Shown piece by piece: positions 9,281 through 19,201 of a stretch of DNA of 64,000 nt. Where the stretch lies: the NCBI GenBank assembly GCA_030748435.1, contig JASMLZ010000068.1:721-64720 (forward strand), written 5' to 3'. Both the position numbers and the translations under genes were made by a program. Position 1 is the first letter of the stretch, and every line of letters begins with the position of its first letter. The notes below the pieces were generated by a model. The model made no database searches, was not told the DNA's origin, and was given only the letters and a program-made list of their open reading frames with translations. Origin of the DNA: Gammaproteobacteria bacterium. GTDB taxonomy: Bacteria; Pseudomonadota; Gammaproteobacteria; Pseudomonadales; Balneatricaceae.

Positions 9281-9754
9281 TTACTTGACATAATTTAAGG
9301 GTACCTTGGTGCTGTCAATAACCTTGCGCATAACAAACGCTGACTTAACGCCACTAACACCTTCAATCCGAGTGATCTTGCCCAGCAACAAGTCATGATA
9401 ACTATCCATATCCGGCACTGATACCTTTAATTGATAGTCGGCTTCGTGGCCGGTAATAATATAGCACTCGGTTACTTCCGGAAATTGACTGATAGTGCTT
9501 TCAAAGCACTGAAAACGCTCAGGAATATGTTTGTCCATGCTGATATGCAAAATAGCAGTGAGATGGAGGTTTACCGCTCGTTCGTTAACCCGTACCACCT
9601 TATCACGTATAACACCGTTGTCTTCCAGTTGTCTGACACGACGTGAACAGGGTGCAGGAGTGAGCCCAACACGTTCAGCTAATTCATGATTGGAAAGACT
9701 ACCGTTGGCCTGCAACTCGTGCAGAATATTAATATCAAACTTGTCCAGTCGCAT
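9281..9754 (-). CDS. Lrp/AsnC-family transcriptional regulator
   Basis: 157 aa. LDKFDINILHELQANGSLSNHELAERVGLTPAPCSRRVRQLE is a canonical AsnC HTH, followed by a RAM domain. Confidence 0.9.
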   Translation of the reverse strand: MRLDKFDINILHELQANGSLSNHELAERVGLTPAPCSRRVRQLEDNGVIRDKVVRVNERAVNLHLTAILHISMDKHIPERFQCFESTISQFPEVTECYIITGHEADYQLKVSVPDMDSYHDLLLGKITRIEGVSGVKSAFVMRKVIDSTKVPLNYVK

Positions 9755-9810
9755 AGTTTGTACCTGCTGTTATATAGGAGATGGTCCTGATCATATTCTG
9801 ATATTAATAA

Positions 9811-9831
9811 AATTGCTTAAAATAAGCAATT
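9811..9831. promoter_or_regulatory. Candidate Lrp-type operator palindrome AATTGCTTA-AAA-TAAGCAATT
   Basis: 9-bp perfect inverted arms in the AT-rich lrp/leuA divergent region. The half-site TTGCTTAAAA is repeated at 9844-9853. Confidence 0.4.
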
Positions 9832-9949
9832 ATTAACTAATTATTGCTTAAAAATAGAATATAGGGCTGATTTAGATAAGATATTGCGCTAAATCCTTGT
9901 TATACTATGGTTAGACTTTGCAAACTTTTATTCTGCACAGGACAAAACC

Positions 9950-11611
9950 ATGTTTGATTATCGTAAATATAGTGCTTTTCAGCCCGTTGCCTTGCCCGAC
10001 CGTAGTTGGCCAGATAACACCATTACTCAGGCTCCAGACTGGTGTAGTGTTGACTTGCGCGATGGTAATCAGGCCCTGGTCAACCCCATGAATGTGGAGC
10101 AGAAAACTCGCCTGTTTAACTTGCTGGTGAGATTGGGCTTTAAAGAAATTGAGGTTGGTTTCCCATCAGCGTCCAAACCCGATTTTGACTTTGTGCGCAA
10201 GATTATCGATGAGGGTTTAGTGCCCGATGACGTTACTTTGCAAGTATTGACTCAGGCGCGTGAGGTGTTGATTAAGCGTACCTACGAAGCCTTGTCTGGC
10301 TGCAAGAAAGCTGTTATTCATGTCTACAATTCCACTTCCACAGTGCAACGCCAGCAGGTATTTGGTCAGGATATGGATGGTATTAAAGCAATTGCTGTAC
10401 AAGGGGCCAAATGGGTGGAGCAGTATGCAGCCCAGCACCCTGATACCGAGTGGGCCTTTGAGTATTCCCCCGAGAGTTTTACAGGCACTGAGCTAGACTA
10501 TGCCGTAGAAGTTTGTGATGCGGTTATCGAAGTATGGCAACCGGAAGGCGGCCGTGAAGTGATTATCAACCTGCCTTCGACAGTAGAAATGTCTACGCCT
10601 AATGTGTTTGCTGATCAGATTGAATATTTCTGTCGCCATCTGGCCAAGCGCGAGCATGTGCGTATTTCTTTGCACACCCATAATGATCGTGGTTGTGCTG
10701 TTGCTGCGGCAGAGCTGGGTTTGATGGCAGGTGCTGACCGTGTGGAAGGTACTTTAATGGGCAATGGTGAGCGGACAGGTAATACGGATATTGTTGCCAT
10801 GGCTATGAACCTGTATTCACAGGGTGTGGATCCAAAACTCGATTTGAGCAATATTGTTGATATTATTGAAGTTGTGGAAAGCTGCACAGAAATTGCTGTT
10901 GGCCCTCGTCATCCCTGGGCTGGAGAGTTGGTTTACACGGCCTTCTCGGGTAGCCATCAAGATGCCATTCGCAAGTCGGTAAAATACCATCAGGATCACC
11001 AGAAACCCAAGTGGGATGTGGCCTACCTGCCCATTGATCCCCGTGATATTGGTCGTGAATATGAGGCTGTGGTGCGCATTAACAGCCAAAGTGGCAAGGG
11101 TGGTGTCGCTCTGGTACTGGAACGTGATTACAGCATTGACTTGCCCAAGTGGATGCATATGTCCTTAAGTCGGGTGGTACAGGGCGCGACCGAAGCCACA
11201 GGTATGGAAATTTCGCCAGCCAATATATTCACCCTTTATCAGCAGAACTTTGTTGATGTGGCTGATGCCTGGGCTTTGCAAGACTATGGTATGCAAAAGC
11301 ATGCCGACAATATTACTGCCAGCTTTAGCTTTGGTGGGCAGCAGTTGCAAGGGCAGGGCCATGGTGCACTGGAAGCCTTGAGTGCGGCTTTGCAGGCGCG
11401 CTTTGGTTGTACTCTGGAAGTGAGCCATTATGACCAACATGCCCTAATGAATGCGGGTACTGAATCTATGGCTCAGGCTTGTATTGAGGTGGAAGTTAAT
11501 GGTGACTTCTTTGCTGCCGTGGCGGTTGCTGAAGACACTACCCAGGCCACTTTGCAGGCGATGCTAACCGCGTTTAGCCGCAGTGCGGTGGCCATTGCGG
11601 CGGCGGCCTAG
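9950..11611 (+). CDS. leuA: 2-isopropylmalate synthase (long, LeuA type 2)
   Basis: 553 aa. PDRSWPDNTITQAPDWCSVDLRDGNQAL and the HTHNDRG motif are present, along with a C-terminal regulatory domain. Confidence 0.9.
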   Translation: MFDYRKYSAFQPVALPDRSWPDNTITQAPDWCSVDLRDGNQALVNPMNVEQKTRLFNLLVRLGFKEIEVGFPSASKPDFDFVRKIIDEGLVPDDVTLQVLTQAREVLIKRTYEALSGCKKAVIHVYNSTSTVQRQQVFGQDMDGIKAIAVQGAKWVEQYAAQHPDTEWAFEYSPESFTGTELDYAVEVCDAVIEVWQPEGGREVIINLPSTVEMSTPNVFADQIEYFCRHLAKREHVRISLHTHNDRGCAVAAAELGLMAGADRVEGTLMGNGERTGNTDIVAMAMNLYSQGVDPKLDLSNIVDIIEVVESCTEIAVGPRHPWAGELVYTAFSGSHQDAIRKSVKYHQDHQKPKWDVAYLPIDPRDIGREYEAVVRINSQSGKGGVALVLERDYSIDLPKWMHMSLSRVVQGATEATGMEISPANIFTLYQQNFVDVADAWALQDYGMQKHADNITASFSFGGQQLQGQGHGALEALSAALQARFGCTLEVSHYDQHALMNAGTESMAQACIEVEVNGDFFAAVAVAEDTTQATLQAMLTAFSRSAVAIAAAA

Positions 11612-11613
11612 GC

Positions 11614-11650
11614 TGTAGGTCGGATTTTAACCCGACCCACATGTAAAATA
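11614..11650. repeat. REP-like hairpin element, copy 2 (tgtaggtcggattttaacccgacccacatgtaaaat)
   Basis: Sits between the convergent leuA and helicase genes. It shares the tgtaggtc, gtcgg..cccgac hairpin and acatNtaaa flank with 3321-3364. Confidence 0.6.
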
Positions 11651-11679
11651 TGCATTAACATCTGACCAACACCATAACA

Positions 11680-12972
11680 CTATTTGGTCTTTGCTTTAGA
11701 ACCTGTTTTTTGTTTGGCTGGCGTAGGACTGCGTTGTTTACCAGCTGATTTTTTGCCGGCTGATTTTTTTCTACCTGCTTTGCTCTTTTTGGTCTTGCTG
11801 GCTATCTTGGGCTCCGCCTTTTGTGGCTCCAGACCGGGTATTTGTGTACGGGGCAAAGCTTGTTGCAGATAGCGTTCAATACGGCCCAGATTAGGCCAGT
11901 CCATAGCGTCAACCACCGACCAGACAGTGCCGGCATCATGCTCACGCCCGCTGCGTCCGGCGCGGTGTACATAGGTATCTGCTTTGGCTGGCAGATAAAT
12001 ATTGATAACGTGACTAAGAGAGGGTATATCCAAACCCCGGCAGGCCAGATCGGTAGTAATAAGCATTTTATTCCAGCCTCGGCGCAGATCTTTTATTTGC
12101 TGGTTGCGGGCACTTTGTTTTATGTCGCCGTGTAAGCCGGTGCAGCGAATACCCAACTGTCTTGCGATGGTTAGCCACTTCTCTACCTGCTTGCGGCTGT
12201 TTACAAAAACCATGGCTTGATTGATATCTTTAGCCTGTAATAAGGTTTCTATTAGCTGTTGCTTATGCTCATCGTTGTCAGCTTGAAAAATACTGTGTTG
12301 GATATTGCCAGCCAGTTGGCGTGGTGCTTCTATGGTGATGGTAGTGGCTTGTTCATGCAGTAAATTGCCAGCAAAAGTTTGAATTTTGTCGCCTTCCAAA
12401 GTAGCAGAGAACATCAAAGTTTGATGTTGACGTTGCACTAACTTTGCCACCTTGTTGATGGGATCGATAAAACCCAAATCCAGCATACGGTCAGCTTCGT
12501 CAATGACCAGCATCTGCACCTGACTAATATCCAGCCAATTCCGCTCCACCAATTCCAGCAACCGTCCAGGTGTGGCTACCAAACAATTGCGCTGTTGTTG
12601 CTCGGTAATTGCGGCGTGCTGTTGACCTAGGGGAATGCCGCCCACAATAAGCAGGTTGCTCAGGCCTGAACCCTGCATTAGCTGTTGTATCACTTTCTGG
12701 GTTTGCTGAGCCAACTCCCGGGTAGGGCTAAGAATCAACACTTGCGGGCTGTCACTTAGATGCTGTCGGGTTTGGGTATCCAGCAGATGTTGCACTGCAG
12801 GCAAGGCAAAAGCCAGGGTTTTGCCAGTACCTGTGGGAGCGCAAGCTAACAGGTCTTGCCCGTCCATAGCCACAGGAATAGCTTGTGCCTGAATGGGTGT
12901 GGGTGCAGCCAATTTCATGGCAGCGAGGTTGGCAATCAATTCCAGATCGATGGGCAGGTCTATAAAGGACAT
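11680..12972 (-). CDS. DEAD-box ATP-dependent RNA helicase (RhlE-like) with lysine-rich C-terminal tail
   Basis: Motifs APTGTGKT, PTRELA, DEAD, SAT and HRAGRSGR are present. I chose the start MSFIDL because it resembles the RhlE N-terminus; the alternative ATG is at 13002. The tail contains a repeated KKSAG. Confidence 0.85.
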   Translation of the reverse strand: MSFIDLPIDLELIANLAAMKLAAPTPIQAQAIPVAMDGQDLLACAPTGTGKTLAFALPAVQHLLDTQTRQHLSDSPQVLILSPTRELAQQTQKVIQQLMQGSGLSNLLIVGGIPLGQQHAAITEQQQRNCLVATPGRLLELVERNWLDISQVQMLVIDEADRMLDLGFIDPINKVAKLVQRQHQTLMFSATLEGDKIQTFAGNLLHEQATTITIEAPRQLAGNIQHSIFQADNDEHKQQLIETLLQAKDINQAMVFVNSRKQVEKWLTIARQLGIRCTGLHGDIKQSARNQQIKDLRRGWNKMLITTDLACRGLDIPSLSHVINIYLPAKADTYVHRAGRSGREHDAGTVWSVVDAMDWPNLGRIERYLQQALPRTQIPGLEPQKAEPKIASKTKKSKAGRKKSAGKKSAGKQRSPTPAKQKTGSKAKTK

Positions 12973-13187
12973 AGTGGGCTTAGTTGGCCTGTAGAGTGTC
13001 ATTGCTAAAGGAGTGCTATCATACAGGAAAAACAGGATAAAAAATTGACTAGATAGTTAGATATTTATTTTCAAAAAAAAGTCAGTTCTGTTAACCTGCG
13101 CCGTTGGGCGCGTAAAAAATGTTCAGCTTGCTGACGCCCGGCAAGTTAAACTTGGCTGAAATTATCGGCCCGCACAATGGAAGCACC

Positions 13188-14318
13188 ATGAGAATAGATA
13201 ACGATACCAAACTTGACTACAAAGATGTATTAATCCGCCCCAAGCGTAGTACCTTGGCTTCGCGTAAAGAAGTTGATTTACAGCGGCAGTTTTGCTTTCG
13301 TAATTATCAGCCTGCAGCCACGGCTGGTGCCGAGCAGTCAACGCAGTATGAGGGCGTGCCTATAATGGCCGCTAATATGGATGGTGTGGGTACCTTTGAG
13401 ATGGCTGACAAACTGGCCACAATGGGTTTGTTCACCTGTTTGGTAAAGCATTATCCAATTGATCAATTGGTAGCATTTTTTAATGAGCCCGATACCATGC
13501 GCACTCATCATGTGGCTTATTCCATGGGCATTACTGCCAAGGATTTTGCCAAATTCGAGCAAGTATATAAGCAGGTAGGTTGCCAGCTAAAATTTGTTTG
13601 TGTTGATGTGGCAAATGGTTATTCAGAGCGCTTTTCTGAATATATCAAACAATTACGCGATGGGTTTCCTCATATTGTGATTATCGCCGGTAATGTTGTT
13701 ACTGGTGAAATGACGGAAGAATTATTGCTTTCCGGGGCAGATATTATCAAGGTTGGTATTGGCCCCGGTAGTGTTTGTACCACTCGTATTCAGACTGGTG
13801 TGGGTTATCCGCAATTATCTGCCCTGATTGAATGTGCCGATGCGGCCCATGGTTTGGGTGGTCATATTATTGCCGATGGTGGTTGCACTTGTCCGGGGGA
13901 TGTAGCCAAGGCCTTTGCAGGTGGTGCCGACTTTGTGATGTTGGGCGGTATGCTGGCGGGCCATAATGAAGGTGGTGGTGAGGTGATTAGGCGTTACTAT
14001 CAAAGTAACGAAGTCGCTCACACAGATGGTGCCTGGCAGCCAGTCATTGAAGAACGCAAGTTCGTACAATTTTATGGTATGAGCTCGGAAGCGGCTAACA
14101 CCAAGCATTTTGGTGGCCTGAAAGAATATCGTTCGTCTGAGGGGCGAGAGGTACTGGTGCCCTACCGTGGCGAAGTAGCAATCACTGTGCAAGACCTCTT
14201 GGGTGGTGTGCGCAGTACCTGCACCTACGCTGGAGCTAACAGCCTGAAACAACTGTCCAAGTGCACAACCTTTGTGCGCGTAGGTATGCAGTTTAATGGT
14301 GTCTATGCCAACCAGTAA
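13188..14318 (+). CDS. guaC: GMP reductase
   Basis: [23 protein letters not shown] matches the E. coli GuaC N-terminus, and the active-site region [11 protein letters not shown] is present. The ORF-track start at 13119 is probably over-extended. Confidence 0.9.
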   Translation: MRIDNDTKLDYKDVLIRPKRSTLASRKEVDLQRQFCFRNYQPAATAGAEQSTQYEGVPIMAANMDGVGTFEMADKLATMGLFTCLVKHYPIDQLVAFFNEPDTMRTHHVAYSMGITAKDFAKFEQVYKQVGCQLKFVCVDVANGYSERFSEYIKQLRDGFPHIVIIAGNVVTGEMTEELLLSGADIIKVGIGPGSVCTTRIQTGVGYPQLSALIECADAAHGLGGHIIADGGCTCPGDVAKAFAGGADFVMLGGMLAGHNEGGGEVIRRYYQSNEVAHTDGAWQPVIEERKFVQFYGMSSEAANTKHFGGLKEYRSSEGREVLVPYRGEVAITVQDLLGGVRSTCTYAGANSLKQLSKCTTFVRVGMQFNGVYANQ

Positions 14319-14510
14319 TCGTCTTGCTGTAGTCTTGTGGCGCTTCTTTAGTGCACATTTAATGGCCTTGTGGTAGGTCTCTTAGATGTAATTTTGTCGC
14401 ATATAGACATGCGCGCGTTTTTGCATCTATCATACTAGCCGCTTTATAAAAGTGGCCCCTAAATACTAATTTTTGGGGCGTTTTACACACTGTTGTAATT
14501 AGAGAGATAC

Positions 14511-16244
14511 ATGTCTACTGATAACCAGCAATCACCAGTTGTACGCCTGCATCCGGGGCGCGGTGTTAATAAGTCGCGTAAGCATTTACGCGGGCGTCAG
14601 GTTGATGGCAAAGCACTGGATGAGGTGCGTGCACTATTGGCTGAGAGGCCTCGTCAACGTGATCTTCTCATAGAATTTTTACACCTTATTCAAGATAAAT
14701 TTGGTTATCTTTCGGCGCCACATTTGGCAGCCTTAGCGCAGGAAATGGGCTTGCCTATGGCTGAAGTGTACGAATGTGCCACATTTTATGCCCATTTTGA
14801 TGTGGTCAAGGAAGGTGAATTGCCACCACCTGCTGTTACCGTGCGTGTGTGTGATAGTTTAAGTTGTCAGTTGGCGGGAGCCGAACAGGTTAAATCTGCC
14901 TTGCTAGCGGGTACCAACCCGGCTCAAGTGCGGGTTCTTAATGCACCTTGCATGGGGCGTTGTGATACGGCACCAGTAGCAGAAGTAGGTCATTATCATG
15001 TTGATTATGCCAGTGCCGACAAAATTAAGTCAGCCATCGACAGTAAGCATTTCCATCCTGAAATTCCAGACTATCTGAGTTATGAAGATTATGTGGCTGA
15101 TGGTGGTTATAAATTGTTAAAGCAGTGCCTTGCCGGTGCTTATAGTTGGGAAGATATTCAGGCTGTTCTGGGTGATGCCAACTTAAAAGGTTTGGGTGGT
15201 GCTGGTTTCCCCACGGCCATGAAATGGAAGTTTGTGCGGCAGGAACCCCAACCCCGTTATGTTGCTATTAATGGTGATGAAGGTGAGCCAGGTACGTTTA
15301 AGGACCGCAGTTATCTGGAAGCCGACCCGCACCGATTTATTGAAGGTGTGCTAATCAGTGCCTGGGCAGTGGAAGCGGAAGCGGCTTATATTTATTTGCG
15401 TGATGAGTATCCTGCAGCGCGTCAGATTTTACTTAATGAAATTCAAAAGGTAGTGGCAGCCGGTTTGGCGCCAGCAGGTGGTATTCATTTGCGGCGCGGC
15501 GCTGGGGCCTATATCTGTGGTGAAGAATCGGCCATGATCGAATCGCTGGAAGGCAAACCCGGTATGCCACGCCACCGTCCACCCTTTGTTGCTCAGGTGG
15601 GTCTGTTTGGTCGCCCCACGCTGGTAAATAATGTAGAAACCGTATTTTGGATTCGCACCCTGTTTGACAAGGGCGCTGAATGGTTTGCTGCTCATGGGCG
15701 TAATGGTTCCAAGGGCTTGCGCAGTTACTCTGTTTCTGGTCGGGTAAAAAATCCAGGCGTAAAGCTGGCTCCTGCCGGTATCAGCATGCAAGAACTGATG
15801 GACGAATACTGTGGTGGTATGGCAGATGGGCACCGCTTTAAGGGGTATTTGCCTGGCGGTGCTTCAGGCGGTATTTTGCCAGCCGGAATGGCCGACATTC
15901 CACTGGATTTTGGCACTTTACAGCCGTATGGCTGTTTTATTGGTTCGGCAGCGGTCGTGGTACTGTCAGAGCAGGACAATATGCGTGATGTGGTGGTTAA
16001 TTTACTCAAATTCTTTGAAGATGAGAGCTGTGGCCAATGCACGCCATGCCGAGTAGGTACCCAGAAGATGGTGGACTTGTTGCAACGCCCTGATTGGGAT
16101 GAAGCCCTGTTACAAGAGCTAAGCAGCACCATGTGTGATGCCTCGATTTGTGGTTTGGGTCAGGCCGCATCCAACCCGATAACCTCGGTATTAAAACACT
16201 TTGATACCGATTTGATCACCACTGATCTGTTGGCTAGTAACTAG
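14511..16244 (+). CDS. fdsB: NAD-dependent formate dehydrogenase diaphorase subunit, fused NuoE-like (gamma) and NuoF-like (beta) domains
   Basis: 577 aa. The N-terminal part is thioredoxin-like 2Fe-2S (CDSLSC ... CMGRCD). It is followed by the NuoF FMN/NADH fold (GLGGAGFPT, GDEGEPGTFKDR) and a 4Fe-4S motif ESCGQCTPCR. Confidence 0.85.
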   Translation: MSTDNQQSPVVRLHPGRGVNKSRKHLRGRQVDGKALDEVRALLAERPRQRDLLIEFLHLIQDKFGYLSAPHLAALAQEMGLPMAEVYECATFYAHFDVVKEGELPPPAVTVRVCDSLSCQLAGAEQVKSALLAGTNPAQVRVLNAPCMGRCDTAPVAEVGHYHVDYASADKIKSAIDSKHFHPEIPDYLSYEDYVADGGYKLLKQCLAGAYSWEDIQAVLGDANLKGLGGAGFPTAMKWKFVRQEPQPRYVAINGDEGEPGTFKDRSYLEADPHRFIEGVLISAWAVEAEAAYIYLRDEYPAARQILLNEIQKVVAAGLAPAGGIHLRRGAGAYICGEESAMIESLEGKPGMPRHRPPFVAQVGLFGRPTLVNNVETVFWIRTLFDKGAEWFAAHGRNGSKGLRSYSVSGRVKNPGVKLAPAGISMQELMDEYCGGMADGHRFKGYLPGGASGGILPAGMADIPLDFGTLQPYGCFIGSAAVVVLSEQDNMRDVVVNLLKFFEDESCGQCTPCRVGTQKMVDLLQRPDWDEALLQELSSTMCDASICGLGQAASNPITSVLKHFDTDLITTDLLASN

Positions 16245-16256
16245 GGGGGTAGACTG

Positions 16257-19019
16257 ATGAGCAACACAACGATTGAATTTACCCTGGATGGTCACACAGT
16301 AGAAGCCCATGCTAATGAAACTATTTGGCAGGTGGCCAAGCGTTACGGCGAAACCATCCCTCATCTATGCTACAAGCCTGACCCCGGTTATCGTGCTGAC
16401 GGCAATTGTCGTGCCTGTATGGTAGAGATTGAAGGTGAGCGTACTTTGGCGGCTTCCTGTATGCGTAAGCCAAGTGCCGGTATGGTGATCAATAGTGCCA
16501 CTTCCGAGCGCTCCCAGACAGCTCGTAAAATGGTGATGGAATTGCTGGCAACCGACCAGCCAGAGCGTGAGCAGTCGCCTGATAAGAGTTCCCATTTCTG
16601 GGCCATGGCTGATTTGTTGGCGGTGGATGCCACCCAGAGTCGCTTTGCCGAGACAGAAAAGCCGCAAGCCGATAATTCCAGCCATGCCATGCGGGTAAAT
16701 CTGCAGTCCTGCATTAATTGTAATCTTTGTGTGCGCGCCTGCCGCGAAGTGCAGGTCAATGATGTTATTGGTATGGCTAATCGTGGGGCCGATGCCAAGG
16801 TGGTATTTGATTTTGATGATCCTATGGGTGAATCCACCTGCGTGAACTGTGGTGAATGTGTACAGGCCTGCCCCACAGGTGCCCTGATGCCAGCAGAGAT
16901 CACCAGTGTTGAAGGTGTAGGTGACAGTGCCGATTATGATCGCAAGGTCGACAGTATTTGTCAGTACTGTGGTGTGGGTTGCCAATTAACCTACCATGTT
17001 AAAGATGATCGTATTATCTATGTTGAGGGTCGTGATGGACCAGCAAATCAGAACCGGCTATGTGTGAAGGGCCGCTTTGGCTCCGATTATATACACCACG
17101 GTGATCGCCTGACCAAACCGTTAATACGTATCCCGGGTGCGCGTAAGGGTATTTATGGTGATTTTGATCCTGCCAAGCCATTAACCCATTTCCGCGAAGC
17201 CAGTTGGCAGGAAGCCCTGGACTTTGCTGCAGGCGGCTTAAAACGCTTGCGTGATGAGGAAGGTAAGCAAACCCTAGCTGGTTTTGGCAGTGCTAAAGGC
17301 TCTAACGAGGAAGCTTATTTATTCCAGAAGCTGGTGCGTACCGGCTTTGGTACCAATAATGTGGACCACTGTACCCGCTTGTGTCATGCCTCATCGGTGA
17401 TGGCCTTGCTGGAAGGCTTGGGGTCGGGTGCTGTTTCGGCTTCCTTTATGCAGGCCAAAAACGCCGAAGTCATTGTGATCACCGGCTCCAACCCTACCAA
17501 TAATCACCCTGTGGCGGCAACCTTCTTTAAGCAGGCAGCCAAGCGTGGGGCGAAGATTATCGTGGTGGATCCGCGTGGTTTGGTGATGAAGAAGTATGCC
17601 ACCCATATGGTGCGCTTTAATCCCGGCAGTGACGTCAGTTTCTGGAATGCAGTGATGCATGTGGTGGTGACTGAAAAACTGTATAACCAGTCCTATATAG
17701 ACACCATGACGGTTGGTTTTGCGGCCTTAAAAGAGCATGTAAAGCACTATACGCCGGAAGCCATGTCGGCTATCTGCGGGGTAGCACCGGATATGATTCG
17801 TGAAGTGGCGCGCCTCTATGCAACTTCCAAAGGCTCCATGATTTTCTGGGGTATGGGTGTATCCCAGCATGTACACGGCACTGACAATGTGCGGGCCATG
17901 ATTTCTTTGGCCTTGATGACCGGGCAAATTGGTCGTGAGGGCACCGGTCTGCATCCGCTACGCGGGCAAAACAATGTACAAGGCGCTTCCGATGCGGGTT
18001 TGATCCCCATGATGTACCCTGATTATAAGAAGGTGAATGTCGGTGACGTACAGGCGCGTTTTGAAGCCCTGTGGGGCGCTGAACTGGATGACAAGCCCGG
18101 TTTAACCGTGGTGGAAACCATGGATGCTATCCATGACGGCGTGATTAAGGGTATGTATATTGAAGGGGAAAATCCGGCCATGTCTGACCCGGATTTAAAC
18201 CACGCCCGTGCGGCTCTGGCTAAATTGGAGCACTTGGTGGTACAGGACCTGTTTGTCACCGAAACGGCTATGTATGCCGATGTGGTGTTGCCTGCTGCGG
18301 CCTGGCCAGAGAAAGACGGTACTGTGTCCAATACCAATCGTCAGGTGCAAATGGGCCGTCAGGCCGTATCGCCACCGGGAGATGCACGTCAGGACTGGTG
18401 GATTATTCAGGCAATTGCTCAGCGTATGGGGCTGGATTGGCAGTATACCCATCCCAAAGATATATTTAACGAGATGAAGCAGGCTATGGCCAGCCTGAAT
18501 AACTTGACCTGGGAACGACTGGAAACGGAAGAGTCTGTTACCTACCCATGCCCGGCCGCAGACCACCCCGGTAATGATATTGTCTTTACCGACGCCTTCC
18601 CTATTGAGGGAGGCAAGGGTAAATTTGTGCCAGCCGATATTGTTGACCCGGATGAGCGTCCGGATGATGATTATCCCGTTATACTGACCACTGGTCGCCA
18701 GTTAGAACATTGGCATACGGGTTCCATGACTCGCCGCGCTCCAGTATTGGATGCTCTGGAACCCTCTGCCGTGGCAACCTTGTGCCGTTCTGAACTGGAT
18801 AAGATTGGTGCCAAGGCCGGTGATATGATCCGTGTATCGACCCGGCGGGGCAGCATCGAGCTATTAGCGCGAGAAGATGTTGATATGCCAGAGGGTCTGA
18901 TCTTTATTCCGTTTGCCTATGTAGAAGCGGCCGCTAACGAGCTGACTAACCCCGTATTAGACCCAGTAGGCAAAATACCGGAATTTAAATTCTGTGCTGC
19001 CAAATTGGAATTGGCTTAA
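16257..19019 (+). CDS. fdsA: Formate dehydrogenase alpha subunit (Mo-bis-PGD, NuoG-like N-terminus)
   Basis: 920 aa. It carries N-terminal 2Fe-2S and multiple 4Fe-4S motifs (CINCNLCVRAC, CVNCGECVQACP) and a molybdopterin oxidoreductase domain. The active-site region is HCTRLCHASS, so the ligand is Cys, with no in-frame TGA. Confidence 0.9.
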   Translation: MSNTTIEFTLDGHTVEAHANETIWQVAKRYGETIPHLCYKPDPGYRADGNCRACMVEIEGERTLAASCMRKPSAGMVINSATSERSQTARKMVMELLATDQPEREQSPDKSSHFWAMADLLAVDATQSRFAETEKPQADNSSHAMRVNLQSCINCNLCVRACREVQVNDVIGMANRGADAKVVFDFDDPMGESTCVNCGECVQACPTGALMPAEITSVEGVGDSADYDRKVDSICQYCGVGCQLTYHVKDDRIIYVEGRDGPANQNRLCVKGRFGSDYIHHGDRLTKPLIRIPGARKGIYGDFDPAKPLTHFREASWQEALDFAAGGLKRLRDEEGKQTLAGFGSAKGSNEEAYLFQKLVRTGFGTNNVDHCTRLCHASSVMALLEGLGSGAVSASFMQAKNAEVIVITGSNPTNNHPVAATFFKQAAKRGAKIIVVDPRGLVMKKYATHMVRFNPGSDVSFWNAVMHVVVTEKLYNQSYIDTMTVGFAALKEHVKHYTPEAMSAICGVAPDMIREVARLYATSKGSMIFWGMGVSQHVHGTDNVRAMISLALMTGQIGREGTGLHPLRGQNNVQGASDAGLIPMMYPDYKKVNVGDVQARFEALWGAELDDKPGLTVVETMDAIHDGVIKGMYIEGENPAMSDPDLNHARAALAKLEHLVVQDLFVTETAMYADVVLPAAAWPEKDGTVSNTNRQVQMGRQAVSPPGDARQDWWIIQAIAQRMGLDWQYTHPKDIFNEMKQAMASLNNLTWERLETEESVTYPCPAADHPGNDIVFTDAFPIEGGKGKFVPADIVDPDERPDDDYPVILTTGRQLEHWHTGSMTRRAPVLDALEPSAVATLCRSELDKIGAKAGDMIRVSTRRGSIELLAREDVDMPEGLIFIPFAYVEAAANELTNPVLDPVGKIPEFKFCAAKLELA

Positions 19020-19047
19020 AACACATAAGCAATCAGCAAATATAAAT

Positions 19048-19080
19048 AGGGGCGAACAGTATTATCAGCCCCTTTTTTTA
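19048..19080 (+). terminator. Rho-independent terminator after fdsA
   Basis: GGGGC stem (19049-19053 and 19068-19072) followed by a T7 run. Confidence 0.6.
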
Positions 19081-19201
19081 TGCCCTTGTTATTTTATCTT
19101 TTAGGTTCAAAATAGAGACAACACTAGAATATTCGGTAAAATAAACCGATACACTAGCCATTTTACAATGTTTCTGCTTGATATAAAGGAATGAACGCAT
19201 T

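Noticed and set aside
11680-11830. DNA-level tandem repeat (gctgattttttgcc repeated) at the 3' end of the helicase gene.
   Set aside because: It simply encodes the repeated KKSAG units of the lysine-rich C-terminal tail that is common in RhlE-type helicases. It is not an independent repeat element.
16365-16985. Long antisense ORFs inside large genes. Examples are the 206 aa and 171 aa ORFs opposite fdsA, 247 aa at 4372-5115 opposite the dehydrogenase, 217 aa at 40599-41252 opposite the binding protein, and 174 aa at 62515-63039 opposite livH.
   Set aside because: They are shadow ORFs on the strand opposite confidently identified genes. Their composition is odd (rich in His, Thr, Gly or Arg, or repetitive), they show no recognisable motifs, and they lack convincing RBSs.
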